DNA of 64,000 nt from Eledone cirrhosa (GCA_964016885.1 OZ024741.1:311116001-311180000); one strand, 5' to 3'. Positions 50,347-64,000 are shown, numbered from the stretch's first letter. Notes: generated by a model from the sequence alone, not told the origin. Translations and numbers: made by a program.

Positions 50347-50848
50347 TAAATATAACCCTTTTTGTACTGTTGACGATGTTATTCTTCACTCTTTCACTAT
50401 TATTACTCCAAGATTAACCTGCAGAGAAATTCCCGGAACTCGCCACCTAACAAAGGAAACGTCTTGTTGAGTCATACAACGCCGTACGTTAAAACTATCC
50501 ATAATACAGAGTACTCTCAACCTCTAACTGGATTACCTATAACAATAATTTGAATAGCTTCCAGTTATTCCGATGATTTGATTAGGCATACACTGTATTG
50601 AAGGTTGAGTGACACAACTTAAAGTGATTACCAACCTTTAGACATCCTAATCAATGAAACATATATATATATGTTTGTATATATATATATATATGTGTGT
50701 GTTTGCGTATTTATGTGTATGTGTATGTATATTTATGTGTATATATACATATAAACATATATGTATATGTGTGTGTGTGTATTTGTGTGTGTGTGTGTAT
50801 GTGTGTGTGTGTGTGTGCGTGTGTGTGTGTGTGTGTGCGCGCGCGCGC

Positions 50849-50923
<75 letters not shown>

Positions 50924-51652
50924 CGTGTGTGTCTGTGTCTGTGTGTTTATATACTTATATATTTATTATCTTTTTCTCTTCTTCCTCTATTCATATTCCT
51001 TATATTTTTGTTTTCAAATCCACATTCAATAAATATACCAGGATTTTTTCATTCTGATGTCTGAAAGCAGATTTATTTGCTTTCAAGAAACCACTGGTAA
51101 ATGAAATAATTATTTCATGTTGTGTATTACATAACAATATATATATATATATGTATGTATATATATATATTGTATTTGATACAGTAGATACTGCTGCTGT
51201 AACCAAAGTAAACGTTCGAGGCCCAGGTACATATATAATCTTACATTATCTATCATACCCTAACTTTAACTGTTGTTATTACCTAGATATTAGGACAGGT
51301 TTATTTGGACATCCTCACACTGAAATGTATAAATGCATAACTATCAAAATGCACTACGGCGTGTGAATATGGGTGTGTGTTTTTAACTGGTACTGACTAA
51401 ATTGCGTAGCTCGTATTACCATCTGTGCATGTACACCGATCCTATGAATCTACATATATTCACGACTATATGCATAGGAGGATGTTCAAACACGTGCGTA
51501 CATGTTTATATATGAATATACCCATCCGTGCGTGTTATTAAAGCTATGCATCTACAGACGGTCATACTAACGTATGGTCTTATGTTAACCGTCTAAGATG
51601 TTACACCTCAAACTTGCTTGGTATGGTGATATCTCAGAGTGGCTTGCGTTTA

Positions 51653-52423
51653 TCTCCTTATAATATATAACCAGCAATTTCACTGTCTGTCTGTCCGACA
51701 GTGGAAACACGTGCGCACGTGGTTGCTATCTCTCTCTCCAGCTATCCTCTCTTTTAGTCTGTCTATTTCTCTCACTCTCACTCTTTCTCTTTGTAACACA
51801 CTAACATTCCTCCCCTCCATAGCTGTGACGAATGGGGAGATGGAGGAGGAGGAGGAGGAGTGAGTCACTTCGTCACTTCACCTCTGCCTTTCTTTCTCTG
51901 CCCTCTCACTCCCTCATTACGTACAGACATTAGGGCGGTGGATTGGCAGAATCTGTAGAGAGTCGGACACCATACTTCATAGCATGGAGTTACGTCCCTT
52001 TACGGTCTGAGTTCAAATACCGCCGAGGTTAACTTTGCCTTTCATCCTCACGGGATCGATAAAATAAAGTACCAGTAATGTACTGAGTAATTGCTGGCCT
52101 TGTGCCAAAAGTAGAAACAATTATTAGAAACATTGCTTCATGTTTACATATCTAAGCATTAGTAAAATAACTAATAATTTCAAAAGTAATTTTTCAATTC
52201 CAATTGTTATGAACAGCAAAACATTAATAATAATTTTGTTCTAAGAAATATATATACATTTCTGTGAGTGTAATATATATATATATACACACACAGAAAT
52301 ATATATACATTTCTGTGTGTGTAATATATATATATATACACACACAGAAATATATATACATTTCTGTGTGTGTAATATATATATATATACACACAGAAAT
52401 ATATATACATTTCTGTGTGTGTA

Positions 52424-52512
<89 letters not shown>

Positions 52513-52540
52513 GAGAAATATATATACATTTCTGTGTGTG

Positions 52541-52581
<41 letters not shown>

Positions 52582-52810
52582 GAAGAGAGAAGAAACATTT
52601 AGATATAATTAGTAATAAAATGTATCACCTAAACTGCTCCTAGATTCCTCGACTACGTAGTTTCGTGGCATAAACAAAAACAATACATCATAAAGATATA
52701 GAGTCCTTGGGAGGTCTGCACCATTAGGTTGGCACCATTAACTCACGGTTGGGTGTGGATGCATTCATGTATATGTGTGTGTCCGCATGTATCTGTGTGT
52801 TTCTAAATAT

Positions 52811-52896
<86 letters not shown>

Positions 52897-55843
52897 AAGA
52901 GAAATATATGGGCATTTCTCTGTTTGTCTGTCTGTCTGTCTGTCCTTCCCTAAAACTCAAATGTAGGTGCTACAGAAATATTACCTTCCCCTCTCCACTG
53001 ACTTTGGTCACTGAGGCCGAGGGAATCGCTGGTTGCTATAGAGACACCTTGCACAAGCCAGAAGTAACCAGTTCGAGGCGGTTCTGACTTGACACCATGT
53101 CAAGTCTACTTATAATATATAATGGGCATTTCTCTGTTTGTTTGTCTGTCTGTCCGTCTGTAAAAAATCCCAAGGAATCAAATAGACGCGGTTTCAAATC
53201 TCTATGCTTTTCAAATTCATTACATTAATCTTTATTTATACGTTTCGCTTTACGAGTGTTTCGGCTTATCATTATATATAAACGTTTCTATTTCCATCGT
53301 TTTATCGTAAACGTTTATATATTTCCATCGTTATATCATAACGTTTATGTATCATAACGCTTATATTTCCGTCACTAATCTCTTTTTCTCCTTTTTCGTT
53401 TTAACATATTTATTTCAAAGATTTCACCGTATAGATAACATATATATTTATACATGCATAAAAGACACACCGAGAGACGGTGAACATGTGGTGCCGAAAA
53501 CATTTCTCATCCAAATCTCAACAATATCAGTATATACACTAGATTTGCTAGCAGAAAACCGCCCACCGGGTGGTTTTCTGCTAGTCTACTTATATATATA
53601 ACCAGCAACTTCTCTGTCTGTCTGTCCGACAGTGGATACACGTGCGTAGAGAGAGAGTGAGAGTGAAAGAAAGAGACAGACTACGAGAGGGGGATAGCGG
53701 GAGGGAGAGAGGGAGAGAGAGAGGATGAATAGACGCTAAAACACGTGCTACAGAAACATTACCTTCCCCTCCCCACTGACTTTGGTCACTGAGGCCGAGG
53801 GAATCGCGCTGAGCGCGTCATAAGGACGTAATGCACACAGCCAGAGATACAGACAGATATTATAAGGGCGCAACGTTATATCTATGTATCTATCTAAAAA
53901 GAAAGACTAAGAATTATATAGAAAGAACGCTAAATCGCCTAATGCGGTCCCTAGGGCATTGAAAATTTGAAATAATTTTTGCTCAAAACACTCACAGGAC
54001 CATATGTATTACATGTCTAAAGTTTGAAAACAATCGGTTGGATGGTTCTCAAATTTTAAGTGAGCTGACAGACAGACAGACATTCTCTGTTTTAGATATA
54101 TGGACTAGCAGAAAACCGCCCGGGTGGTTTTCTGCTAGTCTACTTATATATATAACCAGCAACTTCTCTGTCTGTCTGTTCGACAGTAGAAACACGTGCG
54201 TAGAGAGAGAGTGAGAGTGAAAGAAAGAGACATACTACGAGAGGGGGATAGCGGGAGGGAGAGAGAGAGAGTGAATAGACGCTAAAACACGTGCTATAGA
54301 AACATTACCTTCCCCTCTCCACTGACTTTGGTCACTGAGGCCGAGAAAATCGCTTATTGCTATAGAGACACCTTGCACAAGCCAGAAGTAACCAGTCGAG
54401 GCGGTTCTGACTTGACACCATTTGAAAAAGGTTGCCATTGAATTTGTGGTTGTTGCTGCTGATAATAAGGACCATTTGAAGAAGGTTGCTGCTGATGAGG
54501 TAATTTATTAATCAGATTGCGCAGTTCTATAACCTACGTTTGATTTGTTCAATTTTTTTCTTCAATTTTTTTGTTGTTTTTTTTTATTTCTTATTGAAAA
54601 AATATAAATAATAAAATAAGGTTAGACATTTAAATACAATTAAATACGATTTAATTTCCAGCAGCCAAAAATTAGAAATAATTCAAAAAATTGAAGTTTA
54701 ACTTTTGAACATTTGTTTTGACAATAAAAAAATATTTCCTTATTCACACCTAATGGTATGATTAAAATTTCATAGGAATATTTTTTCTAACCTCCAGTTA
54801 TTTAAATATTATTAAAAATAAATTTTTTTAAAAAAAGAATGGAAGATTTTGTGGATTTTTTTTACCGCCTTAAACACTAATTCTCGCGAATTTGTGTTTT
54901 GTAATGACCCTCAGGACGTTACTATTGTTTATTCCAATAGTTCCTGGTATTCGAATATGTTAGTATACAATTTTTTGAATAAAATTAAGGCGCAATTAGA
55001 GCTGCCAAACAAAATTTTTTTCGGCTTCGGCCCATATTATTTTTGGGAAAATTCTATTGGCTCTAATGAGTCTGCCTCTGTTGGCGTTATTTGCGACAGT
55101 CACCATTTCTTGACTTTCAAGTCTCCTTATAATATATAACCAGCAATTTCTCTGTCTGTCTGTCTGACAGTGGAAACACGTGCGCGCGTGGTTTCTATCT
55201 CTCTCTCTCTCTCTCCAGCTATCCCTCTCTTTTAGTCTGTCTATTTCTCTCACTCTCACTCTTTCTCTTTGTAACACACTAACATTCCTCCCCTCTATCG
55301 CTGTGACGAATGGGGAGATGGAGGAGGAGGAGAAGGAGGAGAGAGTCACTTCGTCACTTCACCTCTGCCTTTCTTTCTCTCCCCTCTCACTCCCTCATTA
55401 CGTACAGACATTAGGACGGTGGATTGGCAGAATCTGTAGAGAGTCGGACACCATGCTTCATAGCATGGAGTTACGTCCCTTTACGGTCTGAGTTCAAATG
55501 CCGCCGAGGTTAACTTTGCCTTTCATCCTCACGCGGTCGATAAAATAAAGTACCAGTAATGTACTGGGTATGTACTGGCCTTGTGCCAAAAGTAGAAACA
55601 ATTATTAGAAACATTGCTTCATTTTTACATATCTAAGCATTAGTAAAATAACTAATAATTTCAAAAGTAATTTTTCAATTCCAATTGTTATGAACAGCAA
55701 AACATTAATAATAATTTTGTTCTAAGAAATATATATACATTTCTGTGTGTGTAATATATATATATACACACATAAATATATATACATTTCTGTGTATGTA
55801 ATATATATATACTCACAGAAATATATATACATTTCTGTGTGTG

Positions 55844-55904
<61 letters not shown>

Positions 55905-55979
55905 GAAATATATATACATTTCTGCGTGTGTAATATATATATATATACTTGCAGAAATATATATACATTTCTGTGTGTG

Positions 55980-56026
<47 letters not shown>

Positions 56027-56875
56027 GAAATATATGGGCATTTCTCTGTTTGTCTGTCTGTATGTCTGTCCTTCCCTAAAATTCAAATGTTGGTGCTACA
56101 GAAATATTACCTTCCCCTTCCTTTCTCCACTTTGGTACTACCAAGAGAAACACTGTCGCTATAGAAACATTACCTTCCCCTCTCCACTGACTTTGGTCAC
56201 TGAGGCCGAGGGAATCGCTGGTTGCTGTAGAGACACCTTGCACAAGCCAGAAGTAACCAGTTCGAGGCGGTTGTGACTTGACACCATCCCAAGGACCATT
56301 TGAAGATATATTTCCATCGTTATATCATAACGTTTATGTATCATAACGTTTATATTTCCGTCACTAATCTCTTTTTCTCCTTTTTCGTTTTAACATATAT
56401 TTATTTCAAAGATTTCACCGTATAGATAACATATATATTTATACATGCATAAAAGACACACCGAGAGACGGTGAACATGTGGTGCCGAAAACATTTCTCA
56501 TCCAAATCTCAACAATATCAGTATATACACTAGATTTGCTAGCAGAAAACCGGCCACCGGGTGGTTTTCTGCTAGTCTATATATATAAAACTGAGGATGT
56601 CTGTCTGTGTGTGTGTGAGTTTGAATCCCTAAAACTCGAGAATCACCCAACCGACTGTTTTCAAACTTTACACATGTAATACTTATGTTTCAGGGAGTGT
56701 TCTGAGCAAAATATAATATCACAGTTTCTATGCCCTAGGGACCGCATTAGGCGATTTAGCGATCTCTCTCTATAATTCTTAGTCTTTCTCTTTTTAAATA
56801 GAAATATACATATAACGTCGCCTCCTTATAATGTCTGTCTGTATGTCTGACTGTCTGCTCTACATGACTTCCATG

Positions 56876-56962
<87 letters not shown>

Positions 56963-57553
56963 TAGCTTGAATCCCTAAAATTCGAGAATTACCCAACCAA
57001 CTTTTTTCAAACCATACATGTGTATTACCTATGTTTCAGGGAGTGTTATGCACATAAAGAAATTCAACTTTTTGATTCCCTAGGGCCCACATTAGTTGAA
57101 AAACTGCGTTTTTTCAGGTTTTTAGTCTTTTTTTGAGTCGTTACGTCAGACTGACTTCCTTGAAATTGTAACTATGTATTAGTCAGTCTATTCTTCATAC
57201 CGTGAGCAAAGAAAATGCAACTCTTTTACGGCCTAGGGCCCGCATTAGGTGAACATCTTCATTTTTCAACTGTTTAGGGCTTATTTGAGGCGTGACGTCT
57301 AGCCGATTTTCCCGAAATTTCAAGTCATATTATGCACATAATAAAATTTCATTTTCTTGATCCCCTTATTAGGTGAAAACCTGCATTTTTCCTCCTTCAT
57401 CGAGGAAAATCTTAAAGATCATCCAGCCATTAAAGTATTTCGGTTTATATTCTTTACATATTCTCCACGCATGCAGTTTTTCCACGATTAGGTCTGCTGG
57501 CGGCCCGCCTTCCAAAATCCCTTATCGCGTGCAATGCCGGGTACCACTGCTAG
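51653..57553 (+). mobile_element. Composite non-autonomous Helitron-like array with internal duplication and captured SINE
   Basis: a|TCtccttataatatataa 5' end; 3' end gcaatgccgggtaccactgCTAG|t; internal TC starts at 53105, 53585, 54139, 55122, 56576, each followed by (CTGT)n; 51653-53584 resembles 55122-56575. Confidence 0.7.
51933..52125 (+). mobile_element. tRNA-derived SINE inside Helitron unit 1 (duplicate at ~55414-55606)
   Basis: Family consensus; identical flanks in both copies show duplication after insertion. Confidence 0.88.
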
Positions 57554-58252
57554 TATATGATATAAGTGAACTTAAGCATGTTTAACTCTATTATGTGAAA
57601 TTAAATGTTCACTATATCTTTCGACAGCTGCAATTCACACTCATAATACTAAAAGTAGTAATATTCCAAGTCATTAGCAATGCAATTTGCTATGCTAACG
57701 TAGTAACACCGTACATAAATTTAGCAGATCGCTTAAGGGTAAACACACCACTATTGGCTTAATAACAGCGCTATATTTGAATTCATTAATCCTAGACTGT
57801 TATAATAACAACTGCTGTTCCTATCATGGTGAACATGATTTCAACTTCAGATTTTCGTTTATCTCTGAGTAACAAGAATAAACAATAATGAGCCTACTTT
57901 TGCAGAAGTCTTCATGCCTAGTTTAATGATTTCACATTCCAGAGTGCTTTATATGCCTATAGGATTTATGGCTATAAGTCTCAAGCCTTAAAATACTATT
58001 TCACTATATTTGCCATTTATCCGCTTCCATTTGTTCTCTTGATTCTTCCATGGCTTGCTTATAATCTTGCTACTTGTGAAGAAATAATTTATTCTGTCCT
58101 ACTTCCAAATAGATGCATTTGATGATTAATACTATGCGAATAATTATTAATTGTAACAGATTGATTCATTGTTTAAACGTAAATACACGTCTCTCATCTG
58201 TATAGAAACAATTGTCGTGATTAACGATGGACATGATTTAAAAACCCTTGTT

Positions 58253-58301
<49 letters not shown>

Positions 58302-58302
<1 letters not shown>

Positions 58303-58475
58303 TGTAAACGTGGTTGGTGTTAGGAAGGGCATCCAGGCGTAGAAAACCTGCCAGACAGTCCTATACGAGCAAGACAGCCAATCTTGCCTCAAGTGGGACA
58401 ATTCCCGTCTAAACCCATGCTAGCGTGGAAGATAGACGTTAAACGATGATGATGGTGATGATGATGATGATGATA
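58302..58475 (+). mobile_element. Short RTE-X-derived element (5' UTR motif plus 3' tail)
   Basis: gtggttggtgttaggaagggcatccaggcgtagaaaacc, then cccatgctagcgtggaagatagacgttaaacgatgatgat, similar to the LINE end at 44098-44143. Confidence 0.7.
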
Positions 58476-59149
58476 TATAATAGGAAAGTAGCATCAATTC
58501 GAGATACCTTGACAGCTTTCACCAGTATAACCTGTAGCACATCCAACTAAACATATTCCATATCGATTCTCACAGTTAAAGGTACATTACAGAGAGAGGT
58601 TTTATGTTTATGTGAAAGCATAACAACAATTTTACAATATCTTATGAACCCATGGAAAAAAAACGAACAATATAATTCGAATCATTGCATGTACAAATAT
58701 CAGAAAACCCCCTTGAGTCAGTTTTACTATAATTATTAATGATATTCTTACATTTAACGACAATAATTCAATATATATAAGAAATAATTGTTTCTACTTT
58801 TTTGCACAAGGCCAGCAAATTTTCCAGTACATTACTGGTATTTTATTTTATCGACCCCGTAAAATACAGTACCAGTAATGTACTGGATAATTGCTGGCAT
58901 TGTGCCAAAAGTAGAAACAATTATTTCTTTGTTTTATATTTTTTGTTTTATCTTTTTATTTCATCTTATCCCACTTTATTACACTGTCACCTGTATCCTT
59001 TCGTTTCATCTCATCCTATGTTATTACACTGTCCAGTTACTTTGTACGCTCACTTCCCATCTTTACTTTCAACTCTACCGGTATTTTTTATTATTTTTTA
59101 TTTTGTTGCTATCTCTATTATTTCTTTATAAAACAAAGAAATAATGATA

Positions 59150-61000
59150 ACAGACGGGTAATTAGGATTGAGGGTATTTTGAAAAGTCTAATCTTAATGG
59201 GTAGAGGTGAAGATTGCTGGTGATGTTGACTATGAAGGGTGATTGATACTGTATGTGAGAGAAGGTATTTGAAGAGATGTGTCTTTAAAGAAAAAAATAT
59301 TTAATCACCGAGGAAGTGCCGGTTAATCTAGCTTTCAATTGGTTGGTGGTGTAACTTTTGAACTGTTAAAGAAAGCTTGCGCTCGTACGTGATTAACAGT
59401 TAACTGTGGTAAGGAGGTGTCAAAGTGGTTCGTTGGTGGCAATTTTGCAGACACTATAAATCCAGGGAGTTGTATTGTTTACATGGATAATGAGGTTGCT
59501 GGATAGAGTCCTGTTTATCTCGGTTTGTAATTGGAAAATTTACTAGCGGCTTTGTGCTACAGAAAATTGTCCGCTTGATTTTGCTGTTTAGTAGCGTCTT
59601 ATTATACTGTAGAATATGGAGTAATTCCATATTGCACAGTCCGCATTGGGACATCCCGTTTGTGTAGGCTTTTGCGTTCGATAATTTGAACCAGCTAATT
59701 TTATATCCTTGATTATTTTACTTAAGCTGCCAGATTTTATTGGCCAGCGTCTTTGTGTTACTGGGCCTCCGGTACTTTATGGAGTGCCAATGCACATACC
59801 ATCGTTTTCAGTAGTCACCAGCCGTAGAACCTATGCAATACCACATATGGTTGCCAGACTTAATAGTGCACAGATATACTATACCGGAATCCAAGCATCT
59901 ATTCAGTAGTGGGCATTTATCTGACAGGTGGCAATTACATTTGGAGGCCTTCCTATGTGCTGGTTCCTCGTTATAGTTCGATTTGTCGTTTGAGATAGAC
60001 TGGGATGCTGGTCTGTTTATGTTTTGTTGTGACATATATCGACGGGGAGCCGGTTGTGATGCTGTTATGCGGTTGTGTTTTGTATTTGATGCCGTGGTGA
60101 TGGTTTGTGGACTAGAGTGTTTAGATATTCTCCTGGTGCTTTTTATGTGTGATTCATTTTTGATGTCCTCAAGTGTACCTTCAAGGGTTTTCCTGTATTT
60201 TTTGTGTAGTTCACGGCGTATAAAGCTGTTGTAGGTGTCTAGGCTCATGGTGTATACGTTCGATGTTTTGTCCGCTTTAACTATAATTCCGTCAGTATTG
60301 CGTAGTCTTTTCAAAAGTGCATTGATGTCGTTCTGCAGTTTGTTGGGACCAGTGCGTTTTTTTAAAACTTAATTCCACTTCTTATGTTCATGAGGTCGAG
60401 TGCAAAAGCGTCAAGCTGGGGGTTACTTGGTGGATTTTTGCAAGATATAAATACGTATTTCTGTTTAGTGTTTCCCTCAGTATCAAGTGTGTGTCCTTTG
60501 TCGTAATGATATCCTTTCCATCGGATTCGATGGTTAAAATCACTGGTGCGCTGTATCATGCCGAGTGTATAATCCCTGTTTGTAGGTATAGGCAACATTC
60601 TAGTGACATGCCTATGTTGTGCCTTTCCACGTTAATGCCTGGTGTTAAAATTCTTACTAAACTTGGTTGGAGCTAATCATATAAGGTAACGAGGTAACGT
60701 TTAAGCTAATCCAAGTAGAGGTTATGAGTACTCCTTTATCAGGGATAGTTTAACGTTCGGCGTTGTTTCACTTAGCAAGACATTTACTTAGTTGTGGTGT
60801 TCGGGTGGCAGATTCAAGACAGTTCCCAGGTAAGCAGTTCCTGGAGTATTAATAATAAAGGAGTGAAGAATAACATGGATCTGCTGTACGATAGGGGTTA
60901 TTCGAAGTATTAACAAATGTTGTATTAGGCCGCTGTGATTAAAAGCGCTATTCGCAGTATGGGGCATCACCCGATTTTAATTACCATTGACACCCGATCA
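59150..61000 (-). mobile_element. Internally deleted PLE: 5' pLTR, N-terminal domain, GIY-YIG, no RT
   Basis: LPIPTNRDY..FNHRIRWKG; IIVKADKTSNVY; then directly CNC..CPLLNRCL..IVYLCTI..YCIGST..TLANKIWQLK..CGLCNME. 60700-60930 resembles the pLTR at 50330-50540. Confidence 0.8.
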
Positions 61001-61210
61001 AATATATATTTCAAAACATATATATATCAGGTTAGAACCAGTTTGAAACTCGTTAGACCATTACTCTACAGAGTACTCGATACTTGGGGTAGTAGAGTAT
61101 GACTCTATTATAATGAAGCAGTATCCGAAGACTGAGCTCTTGCCCTTTTCAATAACTAGTTCTAGAGTCTGGAGCTAGCTAACTAGCTGTTCAGATAAGG
61201 AGCGACTCCT

Positions 61211-61294
<84 letters not shown>

Positions 61295-61305
61295 TTATAT
61301 ATATA

Positions 61306-62759
61306 TACCTTCAACACTTTCCAACATCACATAAATATAATAAAATCTTAAACCCTAACACTATTCGACTTTCATATTCAACCGCCCCTAATATTGAACA
61401 ACATATAAAAAAGCTTATCGCAAAACGGTTGTATAAACGCCTTCCAACACATAACAATACACGTAAAACATTAGCTATAACATCACAAAACAACAAACAA
61501 CATCCTGTCCTACATAAGGAACCTCATCAACCCATCCATGAGAATACAACAACGCAAAATTATAATTGCAACTGTGTCCAACCAGGAATGTGTCCGTTGA
61601 ACAATCAGTGTCTTGAACGCAACATCGTATACAAATGCACTATCGAATCGGATAGACAGAAGTGGTACTATGTGGGATCTACAGCCACCTCCTTCAAATC
61701 ACGCCTTTATAGACATCGTTACTCGATAAAACATGAAAACCAGCGTTATGTAACAACACTCGCAGACAAGGCTTGGCAGCTGCGTGAAAATAACCAACAA
61801 TTTCACATAAAATGGGATATAATAGCGGCTGCCCCCCCCCCCCCCATATCCCATGGACAGGAATATTGTAAATTATGTAATGTAGAATTATTTTGTATTA
61901 TGAAATCCAAAAACATTTTATTAAATAACAGAATAGAGCGATCGTTATACTGTAACCATCGCTTAAAATCTACATTTTCATATTATAAATACTACCAGGA
62001 TTGAACGCCTGTCTCTATCTCCGTTTGATTGTCAAAATAGATATTAACATTCTTTATTAGTCTTAATTCTATCAACTCTTCTATTATTTACCTTTTAATA
62101 TAAACTGCTATAGATAAAATGAGATTTCTGATTTCTTGATTCAATTCCCTAATGCATATACCAGCTGGCTACTAAGATTGATGTTATTCAGTAGCAATCG
62201 AAATCTCCCCCTTCCCCAATTGACATTTTATAATTAATACTACTACACCAAATGACCAGCCCTGTCCACTGTCCAATTGGTCAAGTAGAGATTAAAATTG
62301 GCACTCCCAAAAATTCATATTTAGATAAAATGAACCATTTACTCATGGTATTCTCATTAGAAACCCATTATATACTTGTTTAGCAGTAAATTGATTTACC
62401 ATCTGTCATATACTATCCCCTCTTTTTCTTCCTCTATTACTAATATAAATACTTCAATTTTTCTGATTTTATCCAATTTATCCAAAATCTCTGAAGAAGT
62501 GACAACTGATTATACATTTGCTATCGAATACTTGCTAACATTATATGATTACGCAAGCAGCGATACATAGGTATTCCGTCTGTTACAGAAACATATGTCA
62601 ATACCTAATAAATTCCTTTTTAAAAAAAGCACTTTCATTTTATATTCATCCTTTCTACATTTTCTCCGGAATATAATTTATACTCGTTGAGCAAACCTGC
62701 ACGTACGCTGTTCATCTCTAACGTAACGATATATTATCACTACATTATTGATAACCTGA

Positions 62760-62765
<6 letters not shown>
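61306..62765 (+). mobile_element. 5'-truncated PLE with intact GIY-YIG segment (to 62004) and 3' UTR
   Basis: FPTSHKYNKILNPNTIRLSYST; CNCVQPGMCPLNNQCLERNIVYKCTI..YYVGSTATSFKSRLYRH..CKLCNVE..LLNNRIE..CNH. Confidence 0.9.
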
Positions 62766-62835
<70 letters not shown>

Positions 62836-62839
<4 letters not shown>

Positions 62840-64000
62840 ATACTTTGGGAGGGTCATGTTGCCAATAAGAAACACACGCACCAGTTGCTTTCACTTCAAT
62901 TTAATTTATTATATATTTATAAATTTACAAATTTATAAATTTCTGGTTGGTTGGTTGGTTCCACAACCAGATATTTGTTTATATATATATAGTCATAGTT
63001 CTTTCGTCACAAACTCTGTGACCTCTTCAGTGACTGGGGATTTCTTTCTCCGTTTCTGTGCCTTTCCTTTCTTCTATCCTACGCCATTTTGTTTGTGTGT
63101 GGGTTGCGTGCTCAGTTTGCGCATGCGCCACATCCGGGTGTCTGTGTGTGTTTGTGTTCATTTTTCTATTTTTCTATTTATATTTTTCTATTTGTTTGTT
63201 TATTTATTTATTTATTGTTGGTTGGTTGTTTGTTCTATGTGTGTGTGTGTTTTCATTTTGTCTTGTGTGTGTTTTCATTTTGTGTGTGTTTTCAATTGTA
63301 AGTTGTTTGTTCTATGTGTGTGTTTTCATTTTGTCCTTAATTGTAAGTTGTGATGTTGCTGTTCCACTCATATTTTCTATTTAATTTTGGTTTTAATTCT
63401 TTTATGCTTACTGCCTCTGTAATTTGCCTAAACATTGCGTCTTTCTTGTGTGTGGGTTCTATTTTTATTTCTATGCTCTCTAATTTACCCCTGTGTTCTA
63501 TCTTAGCATGTTGGTAGAGCACAGATGATTCTTTACTATCTTGGAGGTCTCGCCAGTGTTCATTTATTCGTTCCCCTATACTACGAGCTGTCTCACCTAT
63601 GTACACTATATTTTTGTTTCTACATTGTCCTTCAGTACATCTTATGCTATATACTACATTTCTAGTTTTACAGTTAATATGGGGGCTTATTTTACAGGTT
63701 ATACATTTCTTATCTATACATGAGGGTCTTTGGAACGGGTATGTCTTGCTAATAAGTGTTTTTACGGAGGTACCAGGTCTTTCTACTATCTTAATATTGA
63801 GATTATGTTTCTTTAGGGCCCTTCTAAATTTGTAGGCTAGTTCGCCTCTAGGGGTTGTATTGATGAACATTACACTCTGGTATTTATTGCTATCATACCA
63901 TGAGTTTATTCTATTGGCCTTGTTCTTAGTTCTTTCTATTCTATTCCAAAATTTGCTCCTATACAAGGGGCAGGTCCCATTTATGTCATTATTTACCATT
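62836..64000 (-). mobile_element. PLE family C 3' part: GIY-YIG ORF (63337-63999) and 3' UTR, runs off the window end
   Basis: IKIVERPG..PFQRPSC..C..C..NCKTRNVVYSIRC..YIGETARSIGERINEH..RQITEAVSI..LNRKYEW. Confidence 0.92.
62991..63035 (-). ncRNA. Hammerhead motif (family C)
   Basis: Reverse complement agtca CTGAAGA g gtcacaga gt ttgtgac GAAA gaac TA tgact. Confidence 0.75.

Noticed and set aside
62487-62566. CTGAAGA..GAAT..cttgc/gcaag in a PLE 3' UTR as a hammerhead
   Set aside because: GAAA and the cleavage triplet are both broken and stems are weak; position is suggestive only.

Overview
AT-rich eukaryotic DNA with no recognisable host gene. It is almost entirely retrotransposon debris nested in (TA)n, (CA)n and (TAA)n microsatellites, and the tRNA-SINE family and repeat landscape suggest an octopod cephalopod (inference). 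It holds at least nine Penelope-like element (PLE) remnants (RT and/or GIY-YIG), one near-full-length and two partial R4/Dong elements, RTE and RTE-X LINEs, an L1/Tx1 LINE, SINEs, a mariner-type MITE, non-autonomous Helitron-like composites and a 2-kb 12-bp pyrimidine satellite. Most listed ORFs are microsatellite artefacts. The main hidden signal is RNA-level: about 20 minimal type I hammerhead ribozyme motifs from at least 6 unrelated sequence families, read by eye in PLE termini. Many have palindromic stem III and sit in tandem or in fold-back palindromes. A recurring non-canonical CCGAUGA core appears in three independent families. The PLE-hammerhead link is known; the core variant, a shared downstream motif and the fold-back architecture merit testing. 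All calls are by eye and element boundaries are approximate.
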